A stretch of 64,000 bases of DNA from contig CAZSNM010000001.1 in the NCBI GenBank assembly GCA_964608455.1, forward strand, positions 11,030 through 75,029, written 5' to 3'. Source of the DNA: an uncultured Candidatus Bathyarchaeia archaeon (GTDB lineage: Archaea > Thermoproteota > Bathyarchaeia > 40CM-2-53-6 > DTDX01). Below are positions 1-9,705 of the stretch, piece after piece. The position numbers were made by a program, and so were the translations under genes. Below the pieces are notes generated by a model that was given only the letters and a program-made list of their open reading frames with translations, made no database searches and had not been told where the DNA came from. Numbering within the stretch: position 1 is the stretch's first letter; every line of letters begins with the position of its first letter.

Positions 1-824
1 AATTTTTAGCTCCTCTAGGAGATTTTTTTGTTAATGATGCTTTTTCAGCTGCGCATAGATCGCAATGCTCTTTAATAGGTTTCACACCAATAATGCCTTC
101 AGCCGCAGGTAGATTAATGGAAGCTGAAATAAAAAATTTAAGCAAACTCTTTTATGCCGAAAAACCCTCAATAGCGGTTTTAGGTGGAGCAAAATTTTCA
201 AGCTCTATAAAAATCGTTAAAGCATTATTAAACAAGGGCTTTAGTAAAATTCTTTTAGCAGGTTTATCTGGTCAAGCATTTTTAAAAGCTTTAGGGTTTA
301 AACTTGGAGTTGTTAATGAAGCTAAACTTGAAAAGGAAGCTTCAATAAAATTTTATAATGAAGCTAAAAAGCTTCTTGAAGTTTATTCAGATAAAATTTT
401 GCTTCCTGAAGATTTTGCTATAGAAAAAAATGGTGAAAGAATAGAAATTTCAAAAAATGAATTGCCAAGTAACTATCCAATTTATGATATTGGAGATGAA
501 ACAATAAGCAAATTTAAAAATGTTTTAATTGAAGCTAAAACTGTTTTTTTAAGTGGACCTGCAGGAGCCTTTGAAAAACCTAAATTTCGTAAAGGAACTG
601 AAGAATTGCTTACTACTATAGCTAATTCTAAAGCCTTTAGTGTTATTGGAGGGGGTCACACTATAGCAGCTCTTCAAAAATTAAATTTGCTTACTAAAGT
701 TTCTCATGCAAGCGTTGGTGGAGGAGCTCTTGAAGCTTTTATAGCTGGAGAACCAATGCCTGTTATTGAAGCTTTAAAAAATTCAGCTAAAAAATTTTAT
801 ATGAAAAATAGGGGAGGCTTATGA
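1..824 (+). CDS. pgk: Phosphoglycerate kinase, C-terminal part (5' end lies outside the window; reading frame begins at position 3)
   Basis: Translation from position 3 gives FLAPLGDFFVNDAFSAAHRSQCS...IGGGHTIAAL, which contains the PGK hinge and C-domain motifs. The ORF track protein 93..824 is the same frame. Confidence 0.85.
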   Translation, partial: FLAPLGDFFVNDAFSAAHRSQCSLIGFTPIMPSAAGRLMEAEIKNLSKLFYAEKPSIAVLGGAKFSSSIKIVKALLNKGFSKILLAGLSGQAFLKALGFKLGVVNEAKLEKEASIKFYNEAKKLLEVYSDKILLPEDFAIEKNGERIEISKNELPSNYPIYDIGDETISKFKNVLIEAKTVFLSGPAGAFEKPKFRKGTEELLTTIANSKAFSVIGGGHTIAALQKLNLLTKVSHASVGGGALEAFIAGEPMPVIEALKNSAKKFYMKNRGGL

Positions 825-1675
825 AAAAACGTTTCTGCATGACTTTAGATGAAGAATTAATGAATAAGCTTTGGCGTTATATAGATGGGGTTAAATTAAA
901 AAATAGATCTCAAGCTGTAGAATTTTTCATTAAGCTTGGAATTCAAAATTATCGAATTGAAAGAAACGCTTTAATTTTATGTGGTGGCTTAGGAGTAAAA
1001 CTTAGACCTTTAACTTTTATAACGCCTAAACCAATGCTTCCAATAGGTTATCAACCGCTTCTTCAATATCAAATTCAATATCTCAAAAAATATGAATTTG
1101 ATAGAATAGTTTTAGCTGTAGGTTATCTTCAAGAACAAATCATCAAGTATTTTTCTAATGGACAAAGATTTGATGTAAAAATTTTATATAGTTTTGAAAA
1201 AGATCCTTTAGATACCGGTGGAGCCGTTAAAAATGCTGAAGAATTAATTAATGGGCACTTCATAACTTTAAATGGAGATATAATTTTTGATAAACTTGAT
1301 TTAGATAAGCTTTTAGCTTATCATAAAGAAAAAGGAGGCGTAGCTACATTAACCTTAACTAAACATAAAGAAGCTTCAAGATATGGGCTTGTTGAAATTA
1401 ATGAAAATGGACAAATAACAAAATTTATCGAGAAACCTTCTGAAGCTAAAGCTGGTTTAATAAACGCTGGAATATATGCTTTCTCTCAAGAAATATTCAA
1501 TTATATAGGTAAAGGGAAAAAAGTTTCTTTGGAAAAAGATGTTTTCCCAAAGTTAGCTGAAGAAGGAAAGCTTTACGGCTTTATTTATGATGGATATTGG
1601 CGGGACGTCGGGGTTCCAGAAGATTATATAGAAGTTCTTAAAGATATTTTATCAGGGAAACTAAAGCTTCTCTAA
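821..1675 (+). CDS. Sugar-phosphate nucleotidyltransferase (NDP-sugar pyrophosphorylase family) with an N-terminal ribbon-helix-helix (CopG-like) extension
   Basis: ALILCGGLGVKLRPLT is the G-rich NTP-transferase signature (compare AILAGGxGTRLxPLT). The N-terminal 45 aa (KRFCMTLDEELMNKLWRYIDGVKLKNRSQAVEFFIKLGIQNY) resembles the CopG/RHH fold. No in-frame ATG/GTG/TTG lies between the RHH segment and the catalytic domain. The ATGA overlaps the pgk stop. Confidence 0.7.
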   Translation: MKKRFCMTLDEELMNKLWRYIDGVKLKNRSQAVEFFIKLGIQNYRIERNALILCGGLGVKLRPLTFITPKPMLPIGYQPLLQYQIQYLKKYEFDRIVLAVGYLQEQIIKYFSNGQRFDVKILYSFEKDPLDTGGAVKNAEELINGHFITLNGDIIFDKLDLDKLLAYHKEKGGVATLTLTKHKEASRYGLVEINENGQITKFIEKPSEAKAGLINAGIYAFSQEIFNYIGKGKKVSLEKDVFPKLAEEGKLYGFIYDGYWRDVGVPEDYIEVLKDILSGKLKLL

Positions 1676-2121
1676 AGTTTTATTGTTAATTCTTCCTTTA
1701 AACTTCTTAAAACAACTGCGGTTTCTGTAGCTGTAACCCCTTCTATGGAACCTATCTTATCTATTAGTGAAGCGAGTTCTTCAGTATCTTTAACTCTAAC
1801 CTTTAATATAGCATAATAGCTTCCAGTAACATCATGCACTTCATATACATTTTCTATTCTTTTAATTTTATTTATAGCTTTTGTAAATGCTCTTTGATCA
1901 GCTTTAATTAATACAAAAGCCGTTGTGCTTTTCCCAACTTGCTTAGGATCAATAATTGCTTTAAATCCTTTTATAACACCCTTATTTAATAATCTTTTAA
2001 CTCTAACATGAATTGTTGCCTCGCTTACATTAGCTTTTTCAGCTATTTCCTTAAATGAAATTCTAGCATTTTCTTGAAGCATATTTAAAATAATTTTATC
2101 AACTTCATCAAGATTAATCAA
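1672..2121 (-). CDS. Lrp/AsnC family transcriptional regulator
   Basis: Shows the pattern of an N-terminal HTH (DKIILNMLQENARISFKEIAEKANVSEATIHVRVKRL) followed by a C-terminal RAM domain. Size is 149 aa. Confidence 0.85.
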   Translation of the reverse strand: MINLDEVDKIILNMLQENARISFKEIAEKANVSEATIHVRVKRLLNKGVIKGFKAIIDPKQVGKSTTAFVLIKADQRAFTKAINKIKRIENVYEVHDVTGSYYAILKVRVKDTEELASLIDKIGSIEGVTATETAVVLRSLKEELTIKL

Positions 2122-2242
2122 TTTAATTCATCCATAATTACTTTTTAAAAATTTAATTTAAATTAAGCAAAATTTTATAAGATTCTCTTTTAAATTTATT
2201 TTGTTGCAAAATCTAAAATTTGCTAAATAAAAGTGGTTTAAA

Positions 2243-3445
2243 GTGATTGAAAAAATAGTTTTAGGATACTCCGGTGGATTAGACACTTCAGTGGCTTTAA
2301 AATGGCTTCAAGAAAAATACAATGCTAAAGTAATAACTGTTACAGTTGATGTTGGTCAAGGAAAAGACTTCTCAATTATAGAGGAAAAAGCTAAAAAAGT
2401 TGGAGCTTATAAGCATTATCATATAGATGCAAAAGAAGAGTTCATTAAAGATTATGTTTTTCCAGCTATAAAAGCTAATGCGCTTTATGAAGGTAAATAT
2501 CCTCTATCTACTGCTTTATCCAGACCATTAATAGCTTCTAAACTTGTTGAGGTTGCTGAAAAAGAGGGTGCTGAAGCTATTGCGCATGGATGCACTGGAA
2601 AAGGAAATGATCAAGTAAGATTTGAAGTTACAATAAAAGCTTTAGCTCCAAATCTTAAAATTATCGCTCCTATAAGAGATTGGGGAATCTCCAGAATTGA
2701 AGAAATAGAATATGCTAAGAAAAAGGATATTCCTATACCTGTTGATGTTGATAAACCCTATAGTATTGATGAAAATCTTTGGGGAAGATCAATTGAGTGC
2801 GGTGTTTTAGAAGATCCTTATGTTGAACCTCCTGAAAATGCTTTTGAATGGACTAAACCTCTTGAAGAAACACCAAACACACCTGAAATTATTTCGATAG
2901 AATTTGAAAATGGTATTCCGATAAAAATTAATGAAGAAAAACTTAATCCAGTTGAATTAATTGAAAAATTAAATTTTATATGTGGTAAACATGGTATTGG
3001 AAGAATAGATCATATTGAGGATAGAGTTGTTGGAATAAAAAGTAGAGAGCTTTATGAATGTCCAGCAGCTATGGCTTTAATTGAAGCTCACAAAGATTTA
3101 GAAAAATTAACTTTAACAAGGCATGAATTATCCTTTAAAATGCTTGTTGATTCTCAATGGAGTTTTTTGGTTTATGCTGGGCTTTGGATTGATCCATTAA
3201 GAGAAGCCTTAGATGCTTTTATAAATGAAACCCAAAAAAAAGTTTCTGGAATAGTTAAGTTAAAACTTTATAAAGGTTCTTTACAGGTTATAGGTCGAAA
3301 ATCGCCTTTTTCACTTTACAATATGAATTTAGCAACATATAGTGTTGAAAGCACTTTTAACCAAAAATGGTCTGAAGGATTCATTGAAATTTGGAGTTTA
3401 CCATCAAAACTTGCAGCTTTAAGAAAATCATTTCATAATGAATAG
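2243..3445 (+). CDS. argG: Argininosuccinate synthase
   Basis: Has the N-terminal PP-loop GYSGGLDTS. At 400 aa it matches ArgG along its length. GTG start. Confidence 0.95.
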   Translation: MIEKIVLGYSGGLDTSVALKWLQEKYNAKVITVTVDVGQGKDFSIIEEKAKKVGAYKHYHIDAKEEFIKDYVFPAIKANALYEGKYPLSTALSRPLIASKLVEVAEKEGAEAIAHGCTGKGNDQVRFEVTIKALAPNLKIIAPIRDWGISRIEEIEYAKKKDIPIPVDVDKPYSIDENLWGRSIECGVLEDPYVEPPENAFEWTKPLEETPNTPEIISIEFENGIPIKINEEKLNPVELIEKLNFICGKHGIGRIDHIEDRVVGIKSRELYECPAAMALIEAHKDLEKLTLTRHELSFKMLVDSQWSFLVYAGLWIDPLREALDAFINETQKKVSGIVKLKLYKGSLQVIGRKSPFSLYNMNLATYSVESTFNQKWSEGFIEIWSLPSKLAALRKSFHNE

Positions 3446-3448
3446 TGA

Positions 3449-4219
3449 ATGTTAATGATTTTAATACCTATTCGAACAAAATTGATTAAAGAAGGTGATG
3501 ATTTACCAAATATAATTCTTTCATCCTTAAGAAAAAATAAATTGAAATTAAAAAATGGGGATATTCTTCTTATAGCTAGCAAAGTAGTTTCAGTTGTTGA
3601 GGGAAGAATAGTTAAATTAAAAGATGTAACTCCTAGCTTGAAAGCTAAAGAAATAGCTAAAGAAATTGATTTAGATGAAAGGCAAGTTGAATTAATTTTA
3701 AATCATTCAGAAAAAATTTATGGCAAAGTTCATAAAGCTCTTTTAACCTTAAAAAATGGTTTTTTAATTGCAAATGCTGGAATAGATAAATCCAATTGTA
3801 AACCTGATGAAATTATTTTATGGCCTAAAAACCCTCAAGAATCAGCTGAAAAACTTCGTAAAGAAATATTTAAGCGAACAAAAAAACGTGTTGGAATAGT
3901 AATTGTTGATAGTAGAACCACTCCTTTAAGATGGGGTACAATAGGATTAGCTTTAGGTTTTGCAGGATTCCATCCAATTAAAGATTATAGATTTAAAAAA
4001 GATATTTTTGGAAATACACTTCAAATAACACTTCAAAATTTAATTGATGATTTAGCTTGTGCAGCTCATCTTCTTATGGGTGAAGCTAGAGAAAAAATTC
4101 CTATAGTTTTAGCTAGGGATGTACCAGTAAAATTTAGTTCTAAAATAAATGTTAATTCAGTTTTTATTCCACCTGATAAATGCTTATACATGAAAGTTCT
4201 TGAAGAAAAGCAAATTTAA
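3449..4219 (+). CDS. CofE-like protein (coenzyme F420-0:L-glutamate ligase family)
   Basis: About 256 aa. The N-terminus IPIRTKLIKEGDDLPNIIL resembles CofE family starts. The call is from memory and not verified. Confidence 0.5.
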   Translation: MLMILIPIRTKLIKEGDDLPNIILSSLRKNKLKLKNGDILLIASKVVSVVEGRIVKLKDVTPSLKAKEIAKEIDLDERQVELILNHSEKIYGKVHKALLTLKNGFLIANAGIDKSNCKPDEIILWPKNPQESAEKLRKEIFKRTKKRVGIVIVDSRTTPLRWGTIGLALGFAGFHPIKDYRFKKDIFGNTLQITLQNLIDDLACAAHLLMGEAREKIPIVLARDVPVKFSSKINVNSVFIPPDKCLYMKVLEEKQI

Positions 4220-5712
4220 TTCTTAATATAATCATTTACTAATCGTTGCAATTCTTCTAAAGCTTCATTAACTTTATTAATTCGAGTTGAAAGTTGAACT
4301 TTATATTCTTCAATTTTCTTTTTTATTTTTGAAATTTCTTTTTCAACTTCTTTAGGTGAAGGTGCGCCTAAAGAACGTTTTTCTAAAAGCGCTTTTTTAA
4401 AATCAAGAATATTTTCCAATTCTTCTTGGGATACATTAATGGTTTTTCCCAAAACTTGATTTGATAATTGTTCAATTAAATTAGGTGAAAGCTTATTCAT
4501 TTTTTTATTTTCATAAAGCATTTTTTTAATCAATTCTCCAACAAGTTTATGGGCTTCCCTAAATGATAAACCCTTTTTTAAACTTAATTCTTCAGCTAAT
4601 TCTGTGGCCATTAAATATCCTTCATCAATCATTTTTTCTATTCTAGTTTTATTCAAATTTAAAGTTTTTATTATGTTTATGAAAATTTTAAGTGAAGCAT
4701 TTACAGTTTTAAAGCATCTCCATAAAAGCTTTTTTGTCTCCTGTAAATCTCTATTGTATCCTGAAGGTAAACCTTTAAAAATTGTTAATAAACCTATTAA
4801 GGAACCGAAAACTTCTCCAGTTTTTCCCCTAATTAACTCTAGAATGCATGGATTCTTTTTTTGAGGCATAATGCTTGAGGATGAAGCATATTCATCAGCT
4901 AACTCAATGAAATTGAACTCTCTTGAAGACCATAAAATTAAATCCTCAACCATTCTAGTTAAATTTAACATTAATATTGATAAAGCTGCAATTGTTTCAA
5001 CTTCAAAATCTCTAAAGCTTGAAGCATCTATAGAGTTTTCTACTATTCCATCAAAACCTAAAAGTTCTGTTGTTCTAACTCTATTTATTGGAAATTTTGT
5101 TCCAGCAATAGCACATGCTCCTAAAGGATTTAAATTTATCCTTTTATAGCATTCATTTAATCTTTCAAAATCTCTAGAGAAAGCTTCAGCATAAGCCATT
5201 AAATAATGAGAAAAAAGGCCGAGCTGAGCTTGTTGAAGATGAGTATAAAGAATTATAGGCGAATTCAATTCTTTTAAAGCTAAATTTATTAAAGCTTCGA
5301 TAAGATTTAATAAATTATCTGAAGCTTCATTTATTAAGGATCTAAGCTTCATTCTGATATCTAAAGCTACTTGATCATTTCTTGATCTAGCTGTATGAAG
5401 TTTTCCCCCAGCTTCAACTCCAATCCTCTCTATAACTTTGCTTTCTAAAAATTCATGAATATCTTCATAACCTTCCTGAAGTTTAATTTTTCCATCAATA
5501 AAATCTTTTTTAATTTCTTCTAAAACTTCAAGAATTTTTTTTAATTCTTCTTTTTTTATTATTCCCTGTTCATAAAGCATTATATTATGTGCTTCTGTTC
5601 CAACTATATCTTCAATTAATATTTCCTCGTCTTCTTTAAGAGATGAAATAAATTTTTCAGCTTCTTTATTTAATGGTTTATTTAATCTTGATCTATAAAT
5701 TCCTTTCTTCAA
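4216..5712 (-). CDS. argH: Argininosuccinate lyase
   Basis: Contains the fumarase/ASL signature GSSIMPQKKNP. At 498 aa it is about 35 aa longer than typical ArgH because of a C-terminal coiled-coil tail. Confidence 0.92.
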   Translation of the reverse strand: MKKGIYRSRLNKPLNKEAEKFISSLKEDEEILIEDIVGTEAHNIMLYEQGIIKKEELKKILEVLEEIKKDFIDGKIKLQEGYEDIHEFLESKVIERIGVEAGGKLHTARSRNDQVALDIRMKLRSLINEASDNLLNLIEALINLALKELNSPIILYTHLQQAQLGLFSHYLMAYAEAFSRDFERLNECYKRINLNPLGACAIAGTKFPINRVRTTELLGFDGIVENSIDASSFRDFEVETIAALSILMLNLTRMVEDLILWSSREFNFIELADEYASSSSIMPQKKNPCILELIRGKTGEVFGSLIGLLTIFKGLPSGYNRDLQETKKLLWRCFKTVNASLKIFINIIKTLNLNKTRIEKMIDEGYLMATELAEELSLKKGLSFREAHKLVGELIKKMLYENKKMNKLSPNLIEQLSNQVLGKTINVSQEELENILDFKKALLEKRSLGAPSPKEVEKEISKIKKKIEEYKVQLSTRINKVNEALEELQRLVNDYIKN

Positions 5713-5737
5713 CTTCTTTCATTCTCTTGTTAACTAA

Positions 5738-6625
5738 TTATAAGCTTCCAGCAATAAATGCTATTAAACCTATAAACATAAATAAAAGAATTTTATTTTT
5801 TATAGTTTTAGCTTTTTCACTTGAATGATTTTTCATTAAGCTTAAAGATAAATAAATAAATCCTATATCTGAAAAAGCAACTATTGGAATATAAATTAAA
5901 GAAATGAGATTTAAGATTGCTGGAAGAAAACTTAAAGCTACTGCCGATAGAAAAAATAAGGTTGCTATAATTGAGGTTTTATAGGAGCCTAAAGTTGCAG
6001 CTAAAGTTTTTATACCTTTAATTTTATCTCCTTTAACATCAGCTATTCCCTTAATAATTTCTCTACCAGTATTTGCTAAAAAAGCCATTAAAGCAAAAAT
6101 CCAAAGTGTAAAATTCATATTGTTTACTGCGTAACCTCCATAAATAAATGGTAAGGCTACGCAAATGCTAACAATAAAATTCCCTAGCAAACCTGTTTTT
6201 TTACCTTTAGTATTATAGTAAACCATTAAAACCAATGAAATTAAAGCTATAATAAAACTTGATAAATTAAGCAATGCTGAAGATAAAATTCCTATTAAAA
6301 CACAAATAAATGTACAAATTAATGCTTCATTAGGTTTAATTAAACCTGATGGAATAGGTCTTTTAGGTTCATTTATTAAATCCACTTCTAAATCATAATA
6401 ATCATTAAATGCCATCGTACCAGCGGTTAAAAAGAAAGCTGTTAAAAAGCCTAGAGTAAAAGGTTTTAAACTTAATGTCCCTTTTAAAGCTATTAACTCT
6501 CCAATTATTACAGCTAACCCCATCATTAAACAATTAATTGGTCTAATTAATTTTATTAATCCAACTATTTTTTTAATCATTTTTATGCATCCTTTTTTAA
6601 TCAGCAAAACTTTTTTAAATTCCAC
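5738..6625 (-). CDS. UbiA-family prenyltransferase, likely digeranylgeranylglyceryl phosphate (DGGGP) synthase
   Basis: Polytopic membrane protein with the NDYYDLEVD Asp-rich motif. It sits adjacent to a geranylgeranyl reductase gene. Confidence 0.8.
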   Translation of the reverse strand: MEFKKVLLIKKGCIKMIKKIVGLIKLIRPINCLMMGLAVIIGELIALKGTLSLKPFTLGFLTAFFLTAGTMAFNDYYDLEVDLINEPKRPIPSGLIKPNEALICTFICVLIGILSSALLNLSSFIIALISLVLMVYYNTKGKKTGLLGNFIVSICVALPFIYGGYAVNNMNFTLWIFALMAFLANTGREIIKGIADVKGDKIKGIKTLAATLGSYKTSIIATLFFLSAVALSFLPAILNLISLIYIPIVAFSDIGFIYLSLSLMKNHSSEKAKTIKNKILLFMFIGLIAFIAGSL

Positions 6626-6682
6626 ATATATTTATTCTTAAAAATAAGCCATTTAAAATAGTTATTGAAAACCTTTTAAAGC

Positions 6683-7882
6683 TTGAAATTGCTGGTGAAA
6701 AAAATGAAGGTTTATGATTCAATTGTTGTTGGTGCTGGTCCAGCTGGACTTTTAGCAGCTAGAAAACTTGCTGAAAACAATGTTGAAGTTTTACTGCTTG
6801 AAAAAGATTTTGAGCTTGGAAAAAAACCTTGTGCAGAAGCTATTTCAGAAAGAGGTTTAATTGATGCTGAAATACCTATTGAATCAAGCTTTATTGTTAA
6901 TGAAATTTTTGGAGCCAAGGTTTATCCCCCTAATGAAGAAAGATTTGTTGAAATTTCAAGAAGCGGTGAACATTCTTGGAAAGGTTATATTATTGATAAA
7001 CCTAAATTTTTAAAAAAGCTTTTGGATGTCGCTGTTTCTAAAGGTGTTGAAGCAAAGCTTGGAAGCAAAGTTATAGATGTTAAAAGAGAAAATAAGTTTA
7101 TGAAAGTTTTTGTTAAAAGAAATGAGAAAATCGAAAGTTTAACTGCTAAAATAGTTTTAGGTTGCGATGGTTATGCCTCATTAATAACTAAAAAATTTTT
7201 TAATTCAACAAAAATTGAGTATATTTCCTGTTTTCAATATACTTTATCAAAATGCAATATTGAAGATGAGCATACATTAATGTTTTATTTAGGTTCATTA
7301 ATAGCCCCTTTAGGATATTTATGGATTTTTCCTAAAGGTAATGGTGTAGCTAACGTCGGTGTAGGTGTAAGGAAAGGTTCACCAAAATTTTACTTAGATA
7401 ATTTTATTCAAAAACATTCAAGCATTTTTAAGGATTCTAAGATTTTAAGTTTTGGAGGTGCACCTGTAATTATTAGCGGGCAACTTCCAAAAATAACCGA
7501 TGATAATTTAATGATTTGTGGCGAAGCTGCTGGTCAAGTTATTCCGTTTACTGGAGCTGGAATTCATACAAGCATTGTAGCTGGAAAAATTGCTGGTGCT
7601 GTAGCAGCTGAAGCTATTAAAAATAATGAGTTAACTGAGAAAGCTTTAATGGTCTATAAAAAAAGATTTGATGAGATTTTTGGAAAAAATATCGAAAAAA
7701 GCTTAAGGGCTATGAGAATTTTTGAAAAACTTTCAGATGAAGATTTAAATAAGCTTGCTGAGGTTTTATCTGGAGAGGATATTATTGATTTAGCGAATGG
7801 ATTAAACATCGAAAAAGTTGCTAAAAAACTTTTTTCCCATCCAATTTTAGCTGTTAAAATATCTAAAGCATTATTAACCTAA
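6683..7882 (+). CDS. Geranylgeranyl reductase (digeranylgeranylglycerophospholipid reductase family, FAD-dependent)
   Basis: FAD-binding GxGxxG motif (VVGAGPAGLLAARKLAE) and the LLLEKD signature. Size is 399 aa. Confidence 0.85.
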   Translation: MKLLVKKMKVYDSIVVGAGPAGLLAARKLAENNVEVLLLEKDFELGKKPCAEAISERGLIDAEIPIESSFIVNEIFGAKVYPPNEERFVEISRSGEHSWKGYIIDKPKFLKKLLDVAVSKGVEAKLGSKVIDVKRENKFMKVFVKRNEKIESLTAKIVLGCDGYASLITKKFFNSTKIEYISCFQYTLSKCNIEDEHTLMFYLGSLIAPLGYLWIFPKGNGVANVGVGVRKGSPKFYLDNFIQKHSSIFKDSKILSFGGAPVIISGQLPKITDDNLMICGEAAGQVIPFTGAGIHTSIVAGKIAGAVAAEAIKNNELTEKALMVYKKRFDEIFGKNIEKSLRAMRIFEKLSDEDLNKLAEVLSGEDIIDLANGLNIEKVAKKLFSHPILAVKISKALLT

Positions 7883-7883
7883 A

Positions 7884-9695
7884 GTGAAGAGCGTCTTAAC
7901 AATGATTGAAAACAGTAACCATTTTGAAGTTAAAAGAATTGCGCCTTATTATAATGTTTTAAGAAGAATAGTTTTCCCATCATTAAAAAAAATTATTTTT
8001 TTCAGCATAGTTTTTAATTTTTCAATTTCAATAACTCTTTTTAAAAATTTAATTCAAGGCTTTTTTTTGGCTTTAAGCTTTACTATAGCAAGTTTAATTG
8101 CTGACTGCTTCTCTAGCTTCATACTTTTAAAAAATGATTCATTAATGAATTTAAGGCGAAACATGGCTTCTTCCTTATTTAGTAATATTATTTGGTTAAG
8201 CTTTTTGCTTCTAAGTTTTATTTTTAAGGCAAGTATCCAAACAATGTTTTATTTAGGTTTTCCAATAATTTTAACAATTAGGTCTCTTACTTTCATTTCT
8301 TTATCTTCATCAAAACTTTTTAATAAGATTTTAGCTGCTTTTTTAGAACCATTTTTATGCTTCATTTTTTCATTTCAAATTTTAAATTTAAATTTATCAA
8401 AGGTTTTTTTAACATTTTTAATAGGTATACCATTATCTTTTGGTTATGCTTTTTTAACTTTAAAAAGCATTGAAGAAAGAGGTTTTAAAAAAATTGGTTT
8501 TTCAACCTTAGAGTTTTTTAGAAGCTTTTTAAAAAGTTGGTTTGATAATGAAAATTCTTTTCTTGAAGACTATCTAGATAAAATAAGTGTCTATAAAGAA
8601 ATTAAAGTAACAACAATATCTTTTAGAAAAGAAAATGATAAAAAAATTAAGGGTGTAATGATTGTTTCAAACTTTCATCCAGGTCCAATTCTAGAAGTTG
8701 GTAGCAGTAATTTACCTTATTTAATTCAAAAAGAGCTTGAATCAAAATTAAATGTGACTGCTGCTGTTCCTCATGGAGTTTCAGGTCATGAAACAAACTT
8801 GGTTTCCTCTAAAGAAAACAAAAAAATTATTGATGCTATATTTAAACTTTTAAAAGAAAATGATAACTATTTTAATGAAGCCAGCAAATTTTTAAGAATA
8901 AATTATGGAAAAGCTAAATCTAGTTGTCAAGTATTTGGTGACTCATGCTTAGAAACTTTAACTCTTTCTCCTGAAAATATGGAAGATATCCCGTTAATGA
9001 TAAATTTTAAATTAAATGAATTTGGAAAAAAATATTTTAAAGATGTTGCAGTTATAGATGCGCATAATTCCATAAATAATATAACAGAATTAAATAATTC
9101 TGAAATAGAACTTTTATTTAATGCAGGTGTAAAGGCACTTGAAGAAGCTTCTAAAGAACCTAAATTCCCATTTAAATTTGGTAAAGCTAAGGTTGAGTTT
9201 AAATATAGTTTAAAGCAAGGTTTAGGTTATGGTGGTGCAATAATATTTTTAATTAAAGTGAATAATCAATTATCCGCCTATATAACAATTGATGGAAATA
9301 ACATGAAATCTGGTTTAAGAGAAAAAATTTTAACTAAATTAAAAGAAATTGGAATTGAAGATGGAGAAATAATGACTACTGACACTCATATTGTTAATGG
9401 TTTAGTTTCAACTAAATTGGGTTATCACCCTGTTGGAGACGCTCTTGATGAAAATGAGTTTATAAAAGCAATTTTAAATGGTGTTAAAGAAGCTTTAAAA
9501 GATCTTGAAAATTGTGAAGTTGCATTTAACTCCACCTTTGTTAAAGCTAAAGTTTTTGGAAGAAAATCTATGGAAAATTTAATTAATTCAATTTATGCAT
9601 TTGCCAAAGGAATTTCCACTTCTTTAATTGCAACTTTAATTTTAATTGATGTAATTTTAATATTGGCTTTAAAATTTTCTAAATTCCTCTTTTGA
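7884..9695 (+). CDS. Conserved archaeal membrane protein (N-terminal polytopic TM region plus C-terminal soluble domain; possibly DUF2070-like)
   Basis: 603 aa with several hydrophobic helices in the first ~200 aa. The family assignment is a guess. Confidence 0.4.
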   Translation: MKSVLTMIENSNHFEVKRIAPYYNVLRRIVFPSLKKIIFFSIVFNFSISITLFKNLIQGFFLALSFTIASLIADCFSSFILLKNDSLMNLRRNMASSLFSNIIWLSFLLLSFIFKASIQTMFYLGFPIILTIRSLTFISLSSSKLFNKILAAFLEPFLCFIFSFQILNLNLSKVFLTFLIGIPLSFGYAFLTLKSIEERGFKKIGFSTLEFFRSFLKSWFDNENSFLEDYLDKISVYKEIKVTTISFRKENDKKIKGVMIVSNFHPGPILEVGSSNLPYLIQKELESKLNVTAAVPHGVSGHETNLVSSKENKKIIDAIFKLLKENDNYFNEASKFLRINYGKAKSSCQVFGDSCLETLTLSPENMEDIPLMINFKLNEFGKKYFKDVAVIDAHNSINNITELNNSEIELLFNAGVKALEEASKEPKFPFKFGKAKVEFKYSLKQGLGYGGAIIFLIKVNNQLSAYITIDGNNMKSGLREKILTKLKEIGIEDGEIMTTDTHIVNGLVSTKLGYHPVGDALDENEFIKAILNGVKEALKDLENCEVAFNSTFVKAKVFGRKSMENLINSIYAFAKGISTSLIATLILIDVILILALKFSKFLF

Positions 9696-9705
9696 GCGTG
9701 AAAAA

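Noticed and set aside
4604-5149. Two plus-strand ORFs (86 and 92 aa) inside argH
   Set aside because: They are antisense to a confidently identified argH and have low-complexity, hydrophobic composition typical of shadow ORFs in AT-rich DNA.
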